64,000 bases of DNA from Candidatus Latescibacterota bacterium (GCA_963707635.1 OY970173.1:256001-320000), one strand, 5' to 3'. Positions 1 to 10,837 are shown, counted from the stretch's first letter. Program-made: numbers and translations. Notes: generated by a model not told the origin, from the letters alone.

Positions 1-265
1 GCGTCTGCACGGCGAAGTCTATGAGCCGGTCGATGGAGCCGGGGCTCGTCAGCGCGTCGCGCACGACCCACAGCGCGCGGATTTCCTCGGCGGGAAGAAT
101 GGCGGTGGATTCGCGCAGGCGCGCGAGGTAGGGGGGCGCGAACCAGGCGGTATCGGCTGCCTGCGAAAACGCGGGAGCCCCTCCCGGTGGAAGGGGCTCC
201 CAGGCCAAACAGATCGTTGCGATGAAGACCGCGGCGGGCGACGCGGCCCGTACCCCGCGCGACAT
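1..265 (-). CDS. 5' part of a secreted protein, probably glycoside hydrolase-like family 10 (GHL10/DUF187); runs off the left edge
   Basis: Manual translation from ATG at 265: MSRGVRAASPAAVFIATICLAW...EEIRALWVVRDALTSPGSIDRLIDFAVQT. Signal-peptide-like start, and E-x-R-A-x-W-V resembles the GHL10 N-terminus. Not in the ORF track. Confidence 0.5.
   Translation of the reverse strand, partial: MSRGVRAASPAAVFIATICLAWEPLPPGGAPAFSQAADTAWFAPPYLARLRESTAILPAEEIRALWVVRDALTSPGSIDRLIDFAVQT
166..201 (-). terminator. Intrinsic terminator-like hairpin after rplQ
   Basis: GGGAGCCCCT/AGGGGCTCCC 10 bp stem followed on the minus strand by GCGTTTT. Confidence 0.55.
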
Positions 266-273
266 CCGACTGG

Positions 274-981
274 TTACCCGGACTTCCGGGATTTCGACGT
301 CCGGGTCGCGCCCTTCTTGCCCGCGCTGTCGGACTTCTTCTTCGACCTGTCTTTCTTGTCGTCGGTCTCGCGCTTCGTGTCCTTGGCTGGCTTCGCCTTC
401 TTTTCTTTCTTGTCTTTCTTGGCCTTCTTGTCCTTGTCCGCGCTGTCGCCTTCCGCCGGCTTGGAACGACCGCGAGGCGCCTTGACCTGCGTCTCGGGCC
501 CCGCTTCCTGCGGCACCGATCCGCGGATGAGCGGCTTCTTCGTCACTTCGGTGTCGACCAGCTCGAGCAGCACCAGGCGCGCGTTGTCGCCCACGCGATG
601 ATGATCGAGCCGGATGATGCGCGTGTATCCGCCGTTTCGCTCCAGATACAGGGGCGCAATCTGGTCGAAGAGCTTGCGCAGGATTTCCGGACTGCGCACG
701 AAGCGCCCGGCCTGGCGCCAGTGCGCGAGCGCCACGGCTTGCTGGTGTTTGGCCTCGCCGTCCTTGCCCGAGGATTGGAGGCTCGTGAACTCCTGCTGCG
801 CGCGGTAGCCCTTCTTGGCCCGCGTGATGAGGCGTTCCGCGAAGCGGCGCGCCTCCTTGGCCTTCGGGCCGGTGGTGGTGATGCGTTCAGACTGGAACAA
901 CGATGTCACCATGCTGCGCATCAGCGCGCGGCGGTGCGACGCCGTCCGTCCAAGTTTGCGATGGTCTACCCGATGTCTCAT
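274..981 (-). CDS. rplQ: 50S ribosomal protein L17 with internal insertion and Lys-rich C-terminal tail
   Basis: MRHRVDHRKLGRTASHRRAL...GGYTRII; follows rpoA. Confidence 0.97.
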   Translation of the reverse strand: MRHRVDHRKLGRTASHRRALMRSMVTSLFQSERITTTGPKAKEARRFAERLITRAKKGYRAQQEFTSLQSSGKDGEAKHQQAVALAHWRQAGRFVRSPEILRKLFDQIAPLYLERNGGYTRIIRLDHHRVGDNARLVLLELVDTEVTKKPLIRGSVPQEAGPETQVKAPRGRSKPAEGDSADKDKKAKKDKKEKKAKPAKDTKRETDDKKDRSKKKSDSAGKKGATRTSKSRKSG

Positions 982-1001
982 TTTGATTCCTTATTCGCGC
1001 C

Positions 1002-1101
1002 CGGTGAGGAACTCACGTCCTTTTCCGCTCATGCACTTCGCGCGCGATAGTTGAAAGCGCGCCTCGTGAAATCGCGTCGAAGGGCCGTTCGTTCCTCCCC
1101 G
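1002..1101 (-). repeat. Structured intergenic repeat, copy A (G-A-rich fold on minus strand)
   Basis: Core 1023-1081 is the reverse complement of 16023-16083 apart from the apical loop; enclosed by GAGGAAC/GTTCCTC stem. Confidence 0.9.
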
Positions 1102-1111
1102 AAACAAGCCC

Positions 1112-2137
1112 CTACGAATTCTCGACCGTGAGCTCCGGCTCGTCGATCATCGGCCGCGGCGCCTTGCCGCCGAGAATGGCCTCGACGTCCATGCCCAGGT
1201 GGAGGCCCATGCCGTTGAGGATCTCGGTGATCTCCTTCAGGCTCTGCTTGCCGAAGTTGCGGTACTTGAGCATCTCGGCCTCCGAGCGCCGAACCAGATC
1301 GCCGAGCGTCTTGATGTTCGCGCGGCGCAGGCAATTCCCGGAGCGCACCGACAACTCCAGCTCTTCCACGCTCCGGCCCAGAATGTCGCGCAGCCGCTCG
1401 TGCTCCTCGTCCACCACCGGCTCGGCCGCCTCCATCGGAGACTCGTCGAACTGGATGAACAGCAGCATGTGATCCTTCACGATCTTCGCGGCGTAGCCGA
1501 GCGCGTCTTCCGGGCGCGTGCTGCCGTTGGTCGTGATTTCGAGAATCAGGCGATCGTAGTCCGTGCGTTGTCCCACGCGAGTGTTCTCGACCGTGTAGGC
1601 GACCTTGCGCACCGGAGCAAAGTTTGAATCCATCGGAATCAGACCGATGTCGTAATCGCCGAGGTCGTGGCTTTCGGCGGGCATGTAGCCCCGGCCGTGC
1701 CCGACCAGAATGTCCATCTCGACCTCGACCGGCTCCGACGCGGTGCAGATCACGAGCTCCGGATTGATGATGTCCATGTCGGCGTCGGGGCTGATGTCGG
1801 CGGCCGTGATCGGCCCCACCTTGCCCACGCGGAGCTTCAGGAACCTGGGCTCGTCGCCGTGCATCACCACGACCAGCTGCTTCAGATTGAGCACGATCTC
1901 GGTAACATCCTCCATCACGCCGGGGATGTTCGACAACTCGTGCAGCACTCCCTTGATGCGCACCGCGGTGACCGCGGCGCCCTGAATCGAGGAGAGCAGC
2001 GTGCGTCGCAGCGCGTTGCCGAGGGTGAGGCCGAAGCCCCGCTCGAGCGGTTCGACCACGAAGCGTGCGGTCGTGTGCGTGCTGGTCGCGGGGTCGCGAA
2101 CAACTTCCTTGGGCATGAGCAGATTGCGCCATTTCAT
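1112..2137 (-). CDS. rpoA: RNA polymerase subunit alpha
   Basis: EPLERGFGLTLGNALRR; alpha-CTD LELSVRS..CL, NFGKQSL. Confidence 0.99.
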   Translation of the reverse strand: MKWRNLLMPKEVVRDPATSTHTTARFVVEPLERGFGLTLGNALRRTLLSSIQGAAVTAVRIKGVLHELSNIPGVMEDVTEIVLNLKQLVVVMHGDEPRFLKLRVGKVGPITAADISPDADMDIINPELVICTASEPVEVEMDILVGHGRGYMPAESHDLGDYDIGLIPMDSNFAPVRKVAYTVENTRVGQRTDYDRLILEITTNGSTRPEDALGYAAKIVKDHMLLFIQFDESPMEAAEPVVDEEHERLRDILGRSVEELELSVRSGNCLRRANIKTLGDLVRRSEAEMLKYRNFGKQSLKEITEILNGMGLHLGMDVEAILGGKAPRPMIDEPELTVENS

Positions 2138-2176
2138 GTTTCGTTTCCTCCTCTTGCGGGGACGCGCGAGTGCGGC

Positions 2177-2806
2177 CTACTTCGAATACAGCTCGACGAT
2201 GAGCTGCTCCTCGACCGGCACCGGAATCACATCGCGGCTTGGAATCTCCACGAAGGTCCCCTCGAGCTTGTTCGTGTCCAGATCCAGATAGGGAACCGAC
2301 TGCCGCGCGTCCACGTTCTTGATCGCCTCGCGAATGATGAACAGGTCGCGGCTCTTTCCGCGCGGCGCCACCCGGTCACCCGGTGAAACCAGGTAGCTCG
2401 GGATGTTGACCCTCTTTCCGTTCACCTCGAAGTGGCTGTGACGAATCAGCTGCCGCGCCTGCGCGCGCGAGGCGGTGAAGCCGAACCGATAGACGACGTT
2501 GTCCAGGCGCCGCTCGAGCATCTGGAGCAGGGTGGTGCCGGTGATACCCTTCTGCTGCGCCGCCTTCTCGAAGTAGTTGCGGAACTGCCGTTCCAGCAAC
2601 CCGTACGTCTTGCGGAGTTTCTGCTTTTCGCGCAACTGCATGTTGTACTTCGAAGACTTGCCCTTCCGCGTCTTGCCGTGCTGGCCCGGCGGGAAGTTGC
2701 GCTTTTCGATGGCGCACTTGTTGGAATAGCAACGGTCCCCCTTGAGGAAGAGCTTCTCCCCCTCGCGGCGGCACAACTTGCACTTGGCGTCACGATACCT
2801 GGCCAT
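2177..2806 (-). CDS. rpsD: 30S ribosomal protein S4
   Basis: [23 protein letters not shown]. Confidence 0.99.
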   Translation of the reverse strand: MARYRDAKCKLCRREGEKLFLKGDRCYSNKCAIEKRNFPPGQHGKTRKGKSSKYNMQLREKQKLRKTYGLLERQFRNYFEKAAQQKGITGTTLLQMLERRLDNVVYRFGFTASRAQARQLIRHSHFEVNGKRVNIPSYLVSPGDRVAPRGKSRDLFIIREAIKNVDARQSVPYLDLDTNKLEGTFVEIPSRDVIPVPVEEQLIVELYSK

Positions 2807-2817
2807 TCATTCCTCCG

Positions 2818-3216
2818 TTATACACGCCGCCGCTTGCGGGGACGGCATCCATTGTGCGGAATCGGCGTGCAATCTTTCACCGCGGTAACATCGAGGCCCG
2901 CCGCGCGCAGCGAACGAATCGCCGCCTCGCGGCCCGCGCCCGGGCCCGTAATCCAGGCTTCCACTTTTCTCATGCCCAACTCGAGGGCTTCACGCGCGCA
3001 GCGCTCGGCGGCGAGCTGGGCCGCGAACGGCGTGCTCTTCCGGGAGCCCTTGAACCCCACCATGCCGGGGCTGGCCCACGACACCACCGCACCGCTCATG
3101 TCGGTGATGGTGACAATCGTGTTGTTGAACGTCGACTGGATGTGGGCAACACCCGCGACGTCCACCTTCCGGTTCTTCTTCTTGCTTCCCGGCCGTTTCG
3201 GCTTCTTGTCCGTCAA
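2818..3216 (-). CDS. rpsK: 30S ribosomal protein S11
   Basis: [21 protein letters not shown]. Confidence 0.99.
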   Translation of the reverse strand: MTDKKPKRPGSKKKNRKVDVAGVAHIQSTFNNTIVTITDMSGAVVSWASPGMVGFKGSRKSTPFAAQLAAERCAREALELGMRKVEAWITGPGAGREAAIRSLRAAGLDVTAVKDCTPIPHNGCRPRKRRRV

Positions 3217-3282
3217 CGCGTTCCTCCTTGACCGCGGCGCGTGCAGTGCGCGGCGCGGTGCATCGATTTCACTTCCCGGCGG

Positions 3283-3669
3283 CTATGCTTTGGACGGCGC
3301 AGCCTTCCGCTTGCCGACACCCGGCCGCACCTTCGGGCCCTTGCGCGTGCGCGCGTTGGTGCGCGTCCGCTGGCCGTGCACCGGCAGATTCACGCGATGC
3401 CGGCGCCCACGGTAGCAGTTGATGTCGATCAATCGCTTGATGTTGAAGCTCAGCTCCGTTCGGAGCTCACCCTCCACCTTGAATTCGTTCTCGATGATAT
3501 TGCGGAGCTTGATGCCCTGGTCCTCCAGGAGATTCTTCACCCGGGTGTTGGGATCCAGGCCCGCCTTCGAGCAAATCATGTTCGCCGACTTCGGCCCGAT
3601 GCCGAAGATGTACGTCAGAGCAACGACCACTCGCTTCTCGTTCGGAATGTCTACGCCTGCGATTCGCAC
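3283..3669 (-). CDS. rpsM: 30S ribosomal protein S13
   Basis: [21 protein letters not shown]. Confidence 0.99.
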   Translation of the reverse strand: MRIAGVDIPNEKRVVVALTYIFGIGPKSANMICSKAGLDPNTRVKNLLEDQGIKLRNIIENEFKVEGELRTELSFNIKRLIDINCYRGRRHRVNLPVHGQRTRTNARTRKGPKVRPGVGKRKAAPSKA

Positions 3670-3741
3670 TGTCGACCGGTCTCCTTTCCTCGCCGGACCA
3701 CCGGGTGCCCGCCCCGACGGGGCGGCACGCGGCCGTCGCTC

Positions 3742-3855
3742 CTAGCCCTGCCGCTGCTTGTGTCGCTTGTGCTTGCAGATGACGCGAAGCACGCCCTTGC
3801 GCCGGATCAGCTTGCAATCCGGGCAGATCTTCTTGATTGATGTTCTGACTTTCAT
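3742..3855 (-). CDS. rpmJ: 50S ribosomal protein L36 (Zn-ribbon form)
   Basis: Manual translation [37 protein letters not shown]. Confidence 0.98.
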   Translation of the reverse strand: MKVRTSIKKICPDCKLIRRKGVLRVICKHKRHKQRQG

Positions 3856-3871
3856 GTCGCTTCCCTCGCGA

Positions 3872-4090
3872 TTACTTGTACCGATAAACGATCCGGCCCT
3901 TGGTCGGATCGTACGCCGAGATTTCGAGCGTCACCCGATCCCCCGGCAGGATCTTGATAAAGTGCATTCTCATCTTGCCCGACACGTGGGCGAGCACTAC
4001 GTGCTTGTTCGCGAGCTCGACCCGGAACATCGTGTTGGGCAGGGCCTCCACCACGGTCCCTTCGACTGTAATCGTGTCCTCTTTTGGCAC
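3872..4090 (-). CDS. infA: Translation initiation factor IF-1
   Basis: [30 protein letters not shown]. Confidence 0.99.
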   Translation of the reverse strand: MPKEDTITVEGTVVEALPNTMFRVELANKHVVLAHVSGKMRMHFIKILPGDRVTLEISAYDPTKGRIVYRYK

Positions 4091-4109
4091 ATTCCCTTTC
4101 GCCGGTTCT

Positions 4110-4853
4110 TCACCGCGTGAGAATCTTCGGGCCGTCGACGGTCACCGCGACCGTATCCTCGAAATGGGCGGACAGGGTTCGATCCGCCGTGACGATCGTC
4201 CACCCGTCTTCCAGCGTGAACACCTCGGCCGCTCCAACGTTCACCATCGGTTCGATGGCCAGGACCAGCCCCGCTTCGAGGACGATCCCCTGTCCGGGCG
4301 GGCCGAAGTTGGGAACCTGCGGGTCCTCGTGCATCCGCCGCCCGATGCCGTGCCCGACCAGCGATCGCACTACCGAGAACCCGGCCTGCTTCGCGTGCGT
4401 TTCCACCGCGTGCGAGATGTCCGTCAGGCGGTTGCCGGGTCGAGCCTGCTCGATCCCGCGCGCGAGCGCGTCCCACGTCACGTCCAGCAGGGTCTGCGCC
4501 TCGCGGCTGATCCCGCCGACCGGTATGGTTCGCGCGGAGTCGACGTAGAACCCATCCTTGAAAACGCCGATGTCGAGCCCGACGATGTCGCCCTCGCGCA
4601 GCGTGCGTTCGTCCGGGATGCCGTGGACGACTTCTTCGTTCACCGAGATGCACGTCGCCGCCGGGTACCCGTGGAACCCTTTGAACGCCGGCACCCCACC
4701 CCGCGCCAGAATCAGATCTTCGATCGCGGCGTCCAGCTCGCGGCGCGAGCGGCCCGGCCGGATGAAGTCGCGCGCGAGCTCGAAGCACTCGACCACGATC
4801 TGGCCGTTGGCGCGCATGACCGCGATCTCGGGCGGCGACTTCAGAACGATCAT
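4110..4853 (-). CDS. map: Methionine aminopeptidase type I
   Basis: C-terminal part of track ORF 4110..6893, from [34 protein letters not shown]. Confidence 0.98.
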   Translation of the reverse strand: MIVLKSPPEIAVMRANGQIVVECFELARDFIRPGRSRRELDAAIEDLILARGGVPAFKGFHGYPAATCISVNEEVVHGIPDERTLREGDIVGLDIGVFKDGFYVDSARTIPVGGISREAQTLLDVTWDALARGIEQARPGNRLTDISHAVETHAKQAGFSVVRSLVGHGIGRRMHEDPQVPNFGPPGQGIVLEAGLVLAIEPMVNVGAAEVFTLEDGWTIVTADRTLSAHFEDTVAVTVDGPKILTR

Positions 4854-5500
4854 CCCAGCACTCGCTCGATCGTTCGCGTTACCTCGTCGACCGGCTGCTC
4901 CCCGTCGAGCTCGTGCACCATCACCCGCCCGCGGTAGTACTCCAGGATCGGCCGGGTTTGCGCCGCGTACACGCCCAGACGCCGCTCGATCGTCTCCGGG
5001 CGATCGTCCTCGCGCTGTACCAGCGTTCCTCCGCACTTGTCGCACCGTCCCTCCACCGTCGGCGGATTGGCCGTCACGTGGTAGACGGTCTTGCACTGCG
5101 TGCACGTCCGCCGACCCGACAGCCGCTCGATCAAGACCTCGCGCCCCACCTCGAGCACGAAGATAGCGTCGATCCGCTGGCGCAACTGCTCGAGGAGCCG
5201 ATCCAGCCCCTCGGCCTGGCCCACGGTCCGCGGGAATCCGTCGAGCAACCAGCCCCGCAGCGCGGGCTCGGATGCAACCGCCGCGATCGCGTCGCGCATC
5301 AGCGCCAGCACGATGTCGTCCGACACCAGCCCGCCGGCGGCCAGCACGCTCTGCACCTGCTTGCCCAGCTCCGTCTCCCGCGCCACCGCGTCGCGCAGGA
5401 GGTCTCCGGTCGAAATGTGCCGGAGTCGAAACCGGTCCCGGAGACGTTCGGCCTGCGTGCCCTTCCCGGACCCCGGCGGACCGAACAGCACCAGATTCAT
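4850..5500 (-). CDS. adk: Adenylate kinase with Zn-binding LID
   Basis: GPPGSGKGTQA, LDGFPRT, CxxC...CxxC. Confidence 0.99.
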   Translation of the reverse strand: MNLVLFGPPGSGKGTQAERLRDRFRLRHISTGDLLRDAVARETELGKQVQSVLAAGGLVSDDIVLALMRDAIAAVASEPALRGWLLDGFPRTVGQAEGLDRLLEQLRQRIDAIFVLEVGREVLIERLSGRRTCTQCKTVYHVTANPPTVEGRCDKCGGTLVQREDDRPETIERRLGVYAAQTRPILEYYRGRVMVHELDGEQPVDEVTRTIERVLG

Positions 5501-6814
5501 CTAGCCCCGTCGCCCGCGCAGGCGTCCGTGCTTGACGAATCCCTCGTAGTGGCGCATCAACAGGTGCGACTCGATCTGGCGCAGCGTATCCAGCATCACG
5601 CCCACGACGATCAGGAGGCCGGTGCCGCCGAAGTAGAACGGCACGTTGGCCCGCCGAATCAGGAAATCGGGCAGGATCGCGATGAACGCCAGGAAGATCG
5701 CCCCGGGCAGCGTGATGCGCGTCAGAATCCGGTCGATGTACTCGGCCGTGCGCTTGCCGGGGCGGATGCCCGGGATGAAGCCGCCCGACTTCTTCATGTT
5801 GTCGGCCAGGTCCACCGGGTTGAGCACGATCGCCGTATAGAAATACGTGAAAAAGATGATGATCAGCGCGTACAGCGTGATGTAGACCACGTGCCCGGGT
5901 GACAACCACAGCGTGATCGACTGCAGGAAGGTCACGTTCGGGAACAGCGCCGCGATCGTGGTCGGAAACATGATCAACGACTGCGCGAAAATGATCGGGA
6001 TCACGCCGGCGATGTTGACGGACAGGGGAATATGGCTCGCCTGCCCCCCGTACACGCGCCGCCCGACCACGCGCTTGGCGTACTGCACCGGAATTCGCCG
6101 CTGCCCCTGGGTCACGTAAATGACCCCCGCGATCACCAGCACCATCATGAGCAGGATGAGCCCCAGCTTGAACGGCGTCATCTGGCCGAGCTGCAGGGCG
6201 CGAATCGTGTTGAGCATTTCGATCGGATAACGCGCGACGATCCCGATGGTGATGATGAGCGACATGCCGTTGCCGATGCCGCGCTCCGTGATCTGCTCGC
6301 CGAGCCACATGATGAAGATCGTGCCCGCCGTGAGGGTGAGGATCGTCAGCAGGCGGAAGCCCCACCCCGGGAACATCACCGCCGACTCGCCGCTGGGTCC
6401 GCGCATGCCCTCGAGGAACATTGCGATGCCGAAGCCCTGGATCACCGAGAGCACGACGGTGCCGTAGCGCGTGTACTGCGTGATCTTCTTGCGGCCTTCC
6501 TCGCCTTCCTTCGCCAGTTTTTCGAAGAACGGAATGACTGCCTGGAACAGCTGCAGGATGATCGACGCGCTGATGTACGGCATGATGCCGAGCGCGAAGA
6601 TGGTCGCCTTCTCGAGGTTGCCGCCCGCGAACAGGTCGTAGAGGCCCAGGATGGTTCCGCGCTGGCGCGCGAAGAACTCCGTCAGGACGGAGGCGTCGAC
6701 GCCCGGCGCCGTGATGTGGCTCCCGATCCGGTAAACCGTCAGCAGCCCGAGCGTGAACACGACACGACGCTTGAGCTCGGGGATGCTGAAAATCTCTTGA
6801 AGCTTGCTGAACAT
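5501..6814 (-). CDS. secY: Preprotein translocase SecY
   Basis: IFALGIMPYISASII; GIGNGMSLII; IPGIRPG. Confidence 0.99.
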   Translation of the reverse strand: MFSKLQEIFSIPELKRRVVFTLGLLTVYRIGSHITAPGVDASVLTEFFARQRGTILGLYDLFAGGNLEKATIFALGIMPYISASIILQLFQAVIPFFEKLAKEGEEGRKKITQYTRYGTVVLSVIQGFGIAMFLEGMRGPSGESAVMFPGWGFRLLTILTLTAGTIFIMWLGEQITERGIGNGMSLIITIGIVARYPIEMLNTIRALQLGQMTPFKLGLILLMMVLVIAGVIYVTQGQRRIPVQYAKRVVGRRVYGGQASHIPLSVNIAGVIPIIFAQSLIMFPTTIAALFPNVTFLQSITLWLSPGHVVYITLYALIIIFFTYFYTAIVLNPVDLADNMKKSGGFIPGIRPGKRTAEYIDRILTRITLPGAIFLAFIAILPDFLIRRANVPFYFGGTGLLIVVGVMLDTLRQIESHLLMRHYEGFVKHGRLRGRRG

Positions 6815-6829
6815 GTCCTACGCCGCCGG

Positions 6830-7273
6830 TCAGCCGACCAGGTTCACCTGTCCGCCGGCCTTTTCCACCGCTTCCTTCGCTTTCTGGCTGCACGCGTGCA
6901 CCGCAATCTTGAGCGGTTTCTTGATCTCGCCGTCGGCGAGCAGCTTCACCCGGTTGTTCAGGTGACGAATGAGTCCCTTTTCCATCAACGTGTCGAGGTC
7001 GACGGTCGCGTTCGCCTCGAAACGATCGAGGTCGCTCAGATTGATCACCTGGTACTCCACGCGGAACAGGTTGGTGAACCCGCGCTTGGGCAGGCGGCGC
7101 TGGATCGGCATCTGCCCGCCTTCGTACCAGGGATGCGTCGTGTTGCCGGTGCGCGACTGCGAGCCCTTCGACCCGCGGCAGGACGTCATGCCGTGGCCCG
7201 AACCGGGGCCGCGACCCACGCGCTTGCGCTTCTTCTTCGCGCCGGATGCCGGCTTGAGATCTCCGAGCCGCAT
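6830..7273 (-). CDS. rplO: 50S ribosomal protein L15
   Basis: RVGRGPGSG; EGGQMP..RRLPKRGF. Confidence 0.98.
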   Translation of the reverse strand: MRLGDLKPASGAKKKRKRVGRGPGSGHGMTSCRGSKGSQSRTGNTTHPWYEGGQMPIQRRLPKRGFTNLFRVEYQVINLSDLDRFEANATVDLDTLMEKGLIRHLNNRVKLLADGEIKKPLKIAVHACSQKAKEAVEKAGGQVNLVG

Positions 7274-7274
7274 G

Positions 7275-7466
7275 CTAACGCACCTCCTCGACGCGCACGA
7301 GGTGCCGCACCTGCTGGACCATGCCGCGGATCTGCGGCGTGTCGGTCTTGACCAGCGTCTGGTAGCAGCGGCGAAATCCCAGCGCCTCCATGGTGAGACG
7401 GTGCTTGGGGACGGCGCCGATGGTGCTGCGCACCTGCGTGATACGGATCTGTTTGACCTTAGCCAT
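7275..7466 (-). CDS. rpmD: 50S ribosomal protein L30
   Basis: [19 protein letters not shown]. Confidence 0.97.
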   Translation of the reverse strand: MAKVKQIRITQVRSTIGAVPKHRLTMEALGFRRCYQTLVKTDTPQIRGMVQQVRHLVRVEEVR

Positions 7467-8103
7467 TCTTGGCCTCGACTTCCTTGGCCTCGATACTGAA
7501 GAGCTGGTTGATCGAAATGCCGCGGCGCTTGGCGACGTCGCGGGCGCTTTCGAGCTGCTGCAACGCGGTCATCGTCGCCTTCACCAGATTGTGCGGGTTG
7601 GTCGACCCCAGCGACTTGGCCAGCACGTCGCGCACGCCCGCCGATTCCATGATCGCGCGCACCACGCCGCCGGCAATCACGCCGGTGCCCGGGGTGGCGG
7701 GCTTGAGCATCACCCGGCCGGCGCCGAACTTGCCGACCACCAGAAACGGGATCGTCCCGCCCATCATCGGAACCCGGATCATCGAGCGCTTGGCGTTCTC
7801 GCCGGCCTTGCGAATCGCGTCGCTGATTTCGTTCGACTTGCCCAGGCCCACCCCGACGCGGCCCATGCCGTCGCCGACGCACACCAGCGCGTTGAAGCTG
7901 AAGCGGCGTCCGCCCTTGACGACCTTCGCCACGCGGTTGACATACACGGTGCTCTCGATGTACTCCGGACCGCCGCGCTCGCGCTCGGGTCTGGGTCCGC
8001 GCCGCTGGCGATCATCGCGCCCACGGCCGGGGCCGCCGCCGCCACGGGCGGGGCGACGATTGCGATCGTTCTGCTGCGGGGTCGTGCCTACGGTTTCAGC
8101 CAC
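7459..8103 (-). CDS. rpsE: 30S ribosomal protein S5 with Arg/Gly-rich N-terminal extension
   Basis: [23 protein letters not shown]. Confidence 0.98.
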   Translation of the reverse strand: MAETVGTTPQQNDRNRRPARGGGGPGRGRDDRQRRGPRPERERGGPEYIESTVYVNRVAKVVKGGRRFSFNALVCVGDGMGRVGVGLGKSNEISDAIRKAGENAKRSMIRVPMMGGTIPFLVVGKFGAGRVMLKPATPGTGVIAGGVVRAIMESAGVRDVLAKSLGSTNPHNLVKATMTALQQLESARDVAKRRGISINQLFSIEAKEVEAKNG

Positions 8104-8130
8104 TTTCGACGTCCTCCGTCGATTCGGGTG

Positions 8131-8590
8131 CTAGAATTCGAGCCCGTGCTTGCGGGCCGACTCGGCCAGCGCAGCGACGCGCCCGTGATAGAGATACCCG
8201 CCGCGATCGAAACACACCTTGCCCACGCCCTTCGCTTTCGCGGCTTCGGCCAGCAGGCGTCCCACTTCGCGCGCCAGCGTCGTCTTGCGACCGCTGGCGG
8301 CTTCCTTCTCCGCCTTCTCGCCCTTCTTGCCCTTCTTGCCTTCGGGCTTTGCGCCCTCGGCCTTCGCGGCGGCTGGCGGGCTTCGCGCCCGGCTCCGCCT
8401 CGAGCTTCAGGCTCGACACCGACAGAAGCGTCTGTCCCGCAGTGTCGTCGATCAGCTGCGCATAGATGTGGTGGTTGGAGCGAAACACGCAGACGCGCGG
8501 CCGCTCGGGGGTTCCCACCACCCGGTTGCGAACCCGTTGGTGCCGGCGCCAGCGCTTGTACTCGCTCGGATTTCCGAATTTCTTTCTCAT
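8131..8590 (-). CDS. rplR: 50S ribosomal protein L18; apparent single-base insertion near 8374
   Basis: N-terminus [20 protein letters not shown]; removing one base restores ...[27 protein letters not shown]. Confidence 0.95.
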
Positions 8591-8623
8591 GATCGTCTGA
8601 CCTCTCGACGCGTCCCGGCCGGG

Positions 8624-9169
8624 CTAGGTGGAGCCCACCGCGGACTTGCCGGCCTTGCGCACGATGTGCTCGTCGGAATACTTGATACCTTTGCCCTTGT
8701 ACGGCTCCGGGCGCCGAACCGCGCGAATCTCGGCCGCCACCTGGCCGACCCGCTGTCGATCGATGCCGGAAATCCGGATCTTGGTCGGCTCCGGCGTCTC
8801 GACCGTGATGCCCTCCGGCACGGAGAAGTTCACCAGGTGCGAGTACCCGATGGTGAGCACCAGCGTCTTGCCCTTGGCTTCCGCCTTGTAGCCCACCCCG
8901 ACGATCTCCAGATCCTTGGCGAAACCGCTCGTGACCCCGTGCACCATGTTGTTGAGGTGCGCGCGCGTGGTGCCGTGCGCCGCCCGGACCGACTTCTCGT
9001 CGCCGGTGCGGGTGACGGCGAGCGTGCTGCCTTCCTGCGCGACCTTGCAGGTCGACGGAACGTCGAGCGAGAGAGACCCCTTCGGCCCCTTGACCGTCAC
9101 CGTCGACGCGGCGATCGTGACCGACACACCCGCCGGGATCTCTACCGGCTTTCTTCCAATTCGCGACAT
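8624..9169 (-). CDS. rplF: 50S ribosomal protein L6
   Basis: MSRIGRKP; PEPYKGKGI. Confidence 0.99.
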   Translation of the reverse strand: MSRIGRKPVEIPAGVSVTIAASTVTVKGPKGSLSLDVPSTCKVAQEGSTLAVTRTGDEKSVRAAHGTTRAHLNNMVHGVTSGFAKDLEIVGVGYKAEAKGKTLVLTIGYSHLVNFSVPEGITVETPEPTKIRISGIDRQRVGQVAAEIRAVRRPEPYKGKGIKYSDEHIVRKAGKSAVGST

Positions 9170-9211
9170 ATCAAACCGTCCGTTCTCTCTCCGGGAGCGC
9201 GATGGCCGCGG

Positions 9212-9610
9212 CTACCAGACCTCACACATTACTTCGCCGCCGATGCCGCGCTTGCGGCATTCGCCGTCGGTGATGATCCCCTGCGACGTCGAGACGATGG
9301 CGATGCCGAAGCCGCCCAGCACGCGCGGGAGCTGCGTGCGCGGCGCGTAGATGCGCCGGCTCGCCTTGCTCACGCGGCGCGATCCGCTCATGACCGCCGT
9401 GTTCTCCCTGGTGTACTTCGGGTACAGCCGCAGGAGTCCCTGGCGCTCGTCCTCGATGTACTTGACGCCCTTCAGGTATCCGGCATCGAGCAGGATCTTG
9501 CTGATCTGTGCCTTCACCCGCGAGGCGGGAATGTCCACGTGCTTGTGCTTCGCCCGCGCGGCGTTTCTCAGCCTCGCGAGGTAATCGGCAATCGGATCGG
9601 TCATCGACAT
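9212..9610 (-). CDS. rpsH: 30S ribosomal protein S8
   Basis: MTDPIAD.L.R.RN; IVSTSQG; GGEV. Confidence 0.99.
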   Translation of the reverse strand: MSMTDPIADYLARLRNAARAKHKHVDIPASRVKAQISKILLDAGYLKGVKYIEDERQGLLRLYPKYTRENTAVMSGSRRVSKASRRIYAPRTQLPRVLGGFGIAIVSTSQGIITDGECRKRGIGGEVMCEVW

Positions 9611-9628
9611 TGCTTTTCTCCTGTTAAC

Positions 9629-9727
9629 GGCGGAGCGCGTCAGTGCGTTCGACGCGATTTCCGCAGCGCGTTTTCAACAGCTTCACGCGCGAGGACCATG
9701 AGCGGAGAACGCACTGCGCACTCCGCC
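9629..9727 (+). repeat. Structured intergenic repeat, copy B (G-A-rich fold on plus strand)
   Basis: TTCGACGCGATTT...GCGCGT/ACGCGC...CATGAGCGGAGAA core inside GGCGGAG..CAGTGCGTTC / GAACGCACTG..CTCCGCC stem. Confidence 0.9.
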
Positions 9728-9731
9728 ACTT

Positions 9732-9917
9732 CTACCAACTCGCTTTGACGACTCCCGGAACTTCGCCCATCAGGGCGAGATCGCGGAAGCAGATTCGGCA
9801 CAGTCCAAACCGGCGCAGATACGCGCGTGACCGGCCGCACTTGTTACAGCGGTGGTACGCGCGCACCTTGAATTTCGGGCGCCGCTTGGACTTCACAATC
9901 CACGATTTCTTGGCCAC
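9732..9917 (-). CDS. rpsN: 30S ribosomal protein S14, short Zn-binding type Z
   Basis: 61 aa, CNKCGR...LCRICFR. Confidence 0.98.
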   Translation of the reverse strand: MAKKSWIVKSKRRPKFKVRAYHRCNKCGRSRAYLRRFGLCRICFRDLALMGEVPGVVKASW

Positions 9918-9946
9918 GCGTTCCTTCCTCGTTCGCCGCGTCCGCG

Positions 9947-10489
9947 CTAGTTCTTGCGGAACGGCATTTTCATGTGCGTCAACAGCGCCAACGCTTCCTC
10001 ATCCGTGCGCGCCGACGTCACAATCGTAATGTCCATGCCGAAGACCTGCACGATCTTGTCGTAATCGATCTCCGGGAAGATGATGTGCTCCTTGACGCCC
10101 AGCGTGTAGTTCCCGCGCCCGTCGAATCCCCGCGTCGGCACACCGCGAAAGTCGCGGATGCGCGGGAGCGAGAGGTTCACCAGCCGGTCGTAGAACTCGT
10201 ACATGTGCTCACGGCGCAGCGTCACCTTGCACCCGATCGGCATGTTTTCGCGCAGCTTGAACGCGGCCACCGAGACACGCGCCCGGTTGAGCCTGGGTTT
10301 CTGCCCGGTGATCAACCCGAGGTCGCTCATCGCCGCGTCCACCAGCTTGGCGTTGGCCACGGCCTCGCCGACCCCCATGTTGACCACGATCTTCTCCATC
10401 CGTGGCACCTGCATGACGTTCTTGAACCCGAACTCTTTGGTCAGGGCCGGGATCACTTCCTTCTCATACACTTCCCGAAGTCTCGCCAT
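9947..10489 (-). CDS. rplE: 50S ribosomal protein L5
   Basis: [16 protein letters not shown]. Confidence 0.99.
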   Translation of the reverse strand: MARLREVYEKEVIPALTKEFGFKNVMQVPRMEKIVVNMGVGEAVANAKLVDAAMSDLGLITGQKPRLNRARVSVAAFKLRENMPIGCKVTLRREHMYEFYDRLVNLSLPRIRDFRGVPTRGFDGRGNYTLGVKEHIIFPEIDYDKIVQVFGMDITIVTSARTDEEALALLTHMKMPFRKN

Positions 10490-10503
10490 CGCTCAATCTC
10501 CCG

Positions 10504-10821
10504 CTACTCGTTCGACAACATTTCGTTGCACGCCCCGCACACGCGGACCTTCTTGCCCTGCAGCTCGCCGGTTCGCGTGCGCGCGGGCTTGCCGCATTTC
10601 GGGCACACCAGCATCACATTCGAGATATGGATCGAGGCCTCCTTCTCGACGATGCCACCCGGCTGCTGCGCGGAACGCGGCTTGGTGTGGCGCTTGACGA
10701 GCTGGATCTTCTCGACGATCACGCGGTTCTTGTCCGGAATCACCATGATCACCTTGCCGGTCTTGCCCTTGTGGTTGCCGGAGATGACTTTGACCGTATC
10801 GTTCTTTACGATGCTACGCAT
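10504..10821 (-). CDS. rplX: 50S ribosomal protein L24
   Basis: D.VKVISG..KGK; GGIVEKEASIHISNV. Confidence 0.98.
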   Translation of the reverse strand: MRSIVKNDTVKVISGNHKGKTGKVIMVIPDKNRVIVEKIQLVKRHTKPRSAQQPGGIVEKEASIHISNVMLVCPKCGKPARTRTGELQGKKVRVCGACNEMLSNE

Positions 10822-10837
10822 GACACCTAACCCCCGC

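Noticed and set aside
4110..6893. 927-aa SecY/Adk/Map fusion, and similarly over-extended ORFs at rplO, rplW, rqcH and 40369..42276
   Set aside because: ORF-caller extensions through overlapping frames; real starts are downstream.
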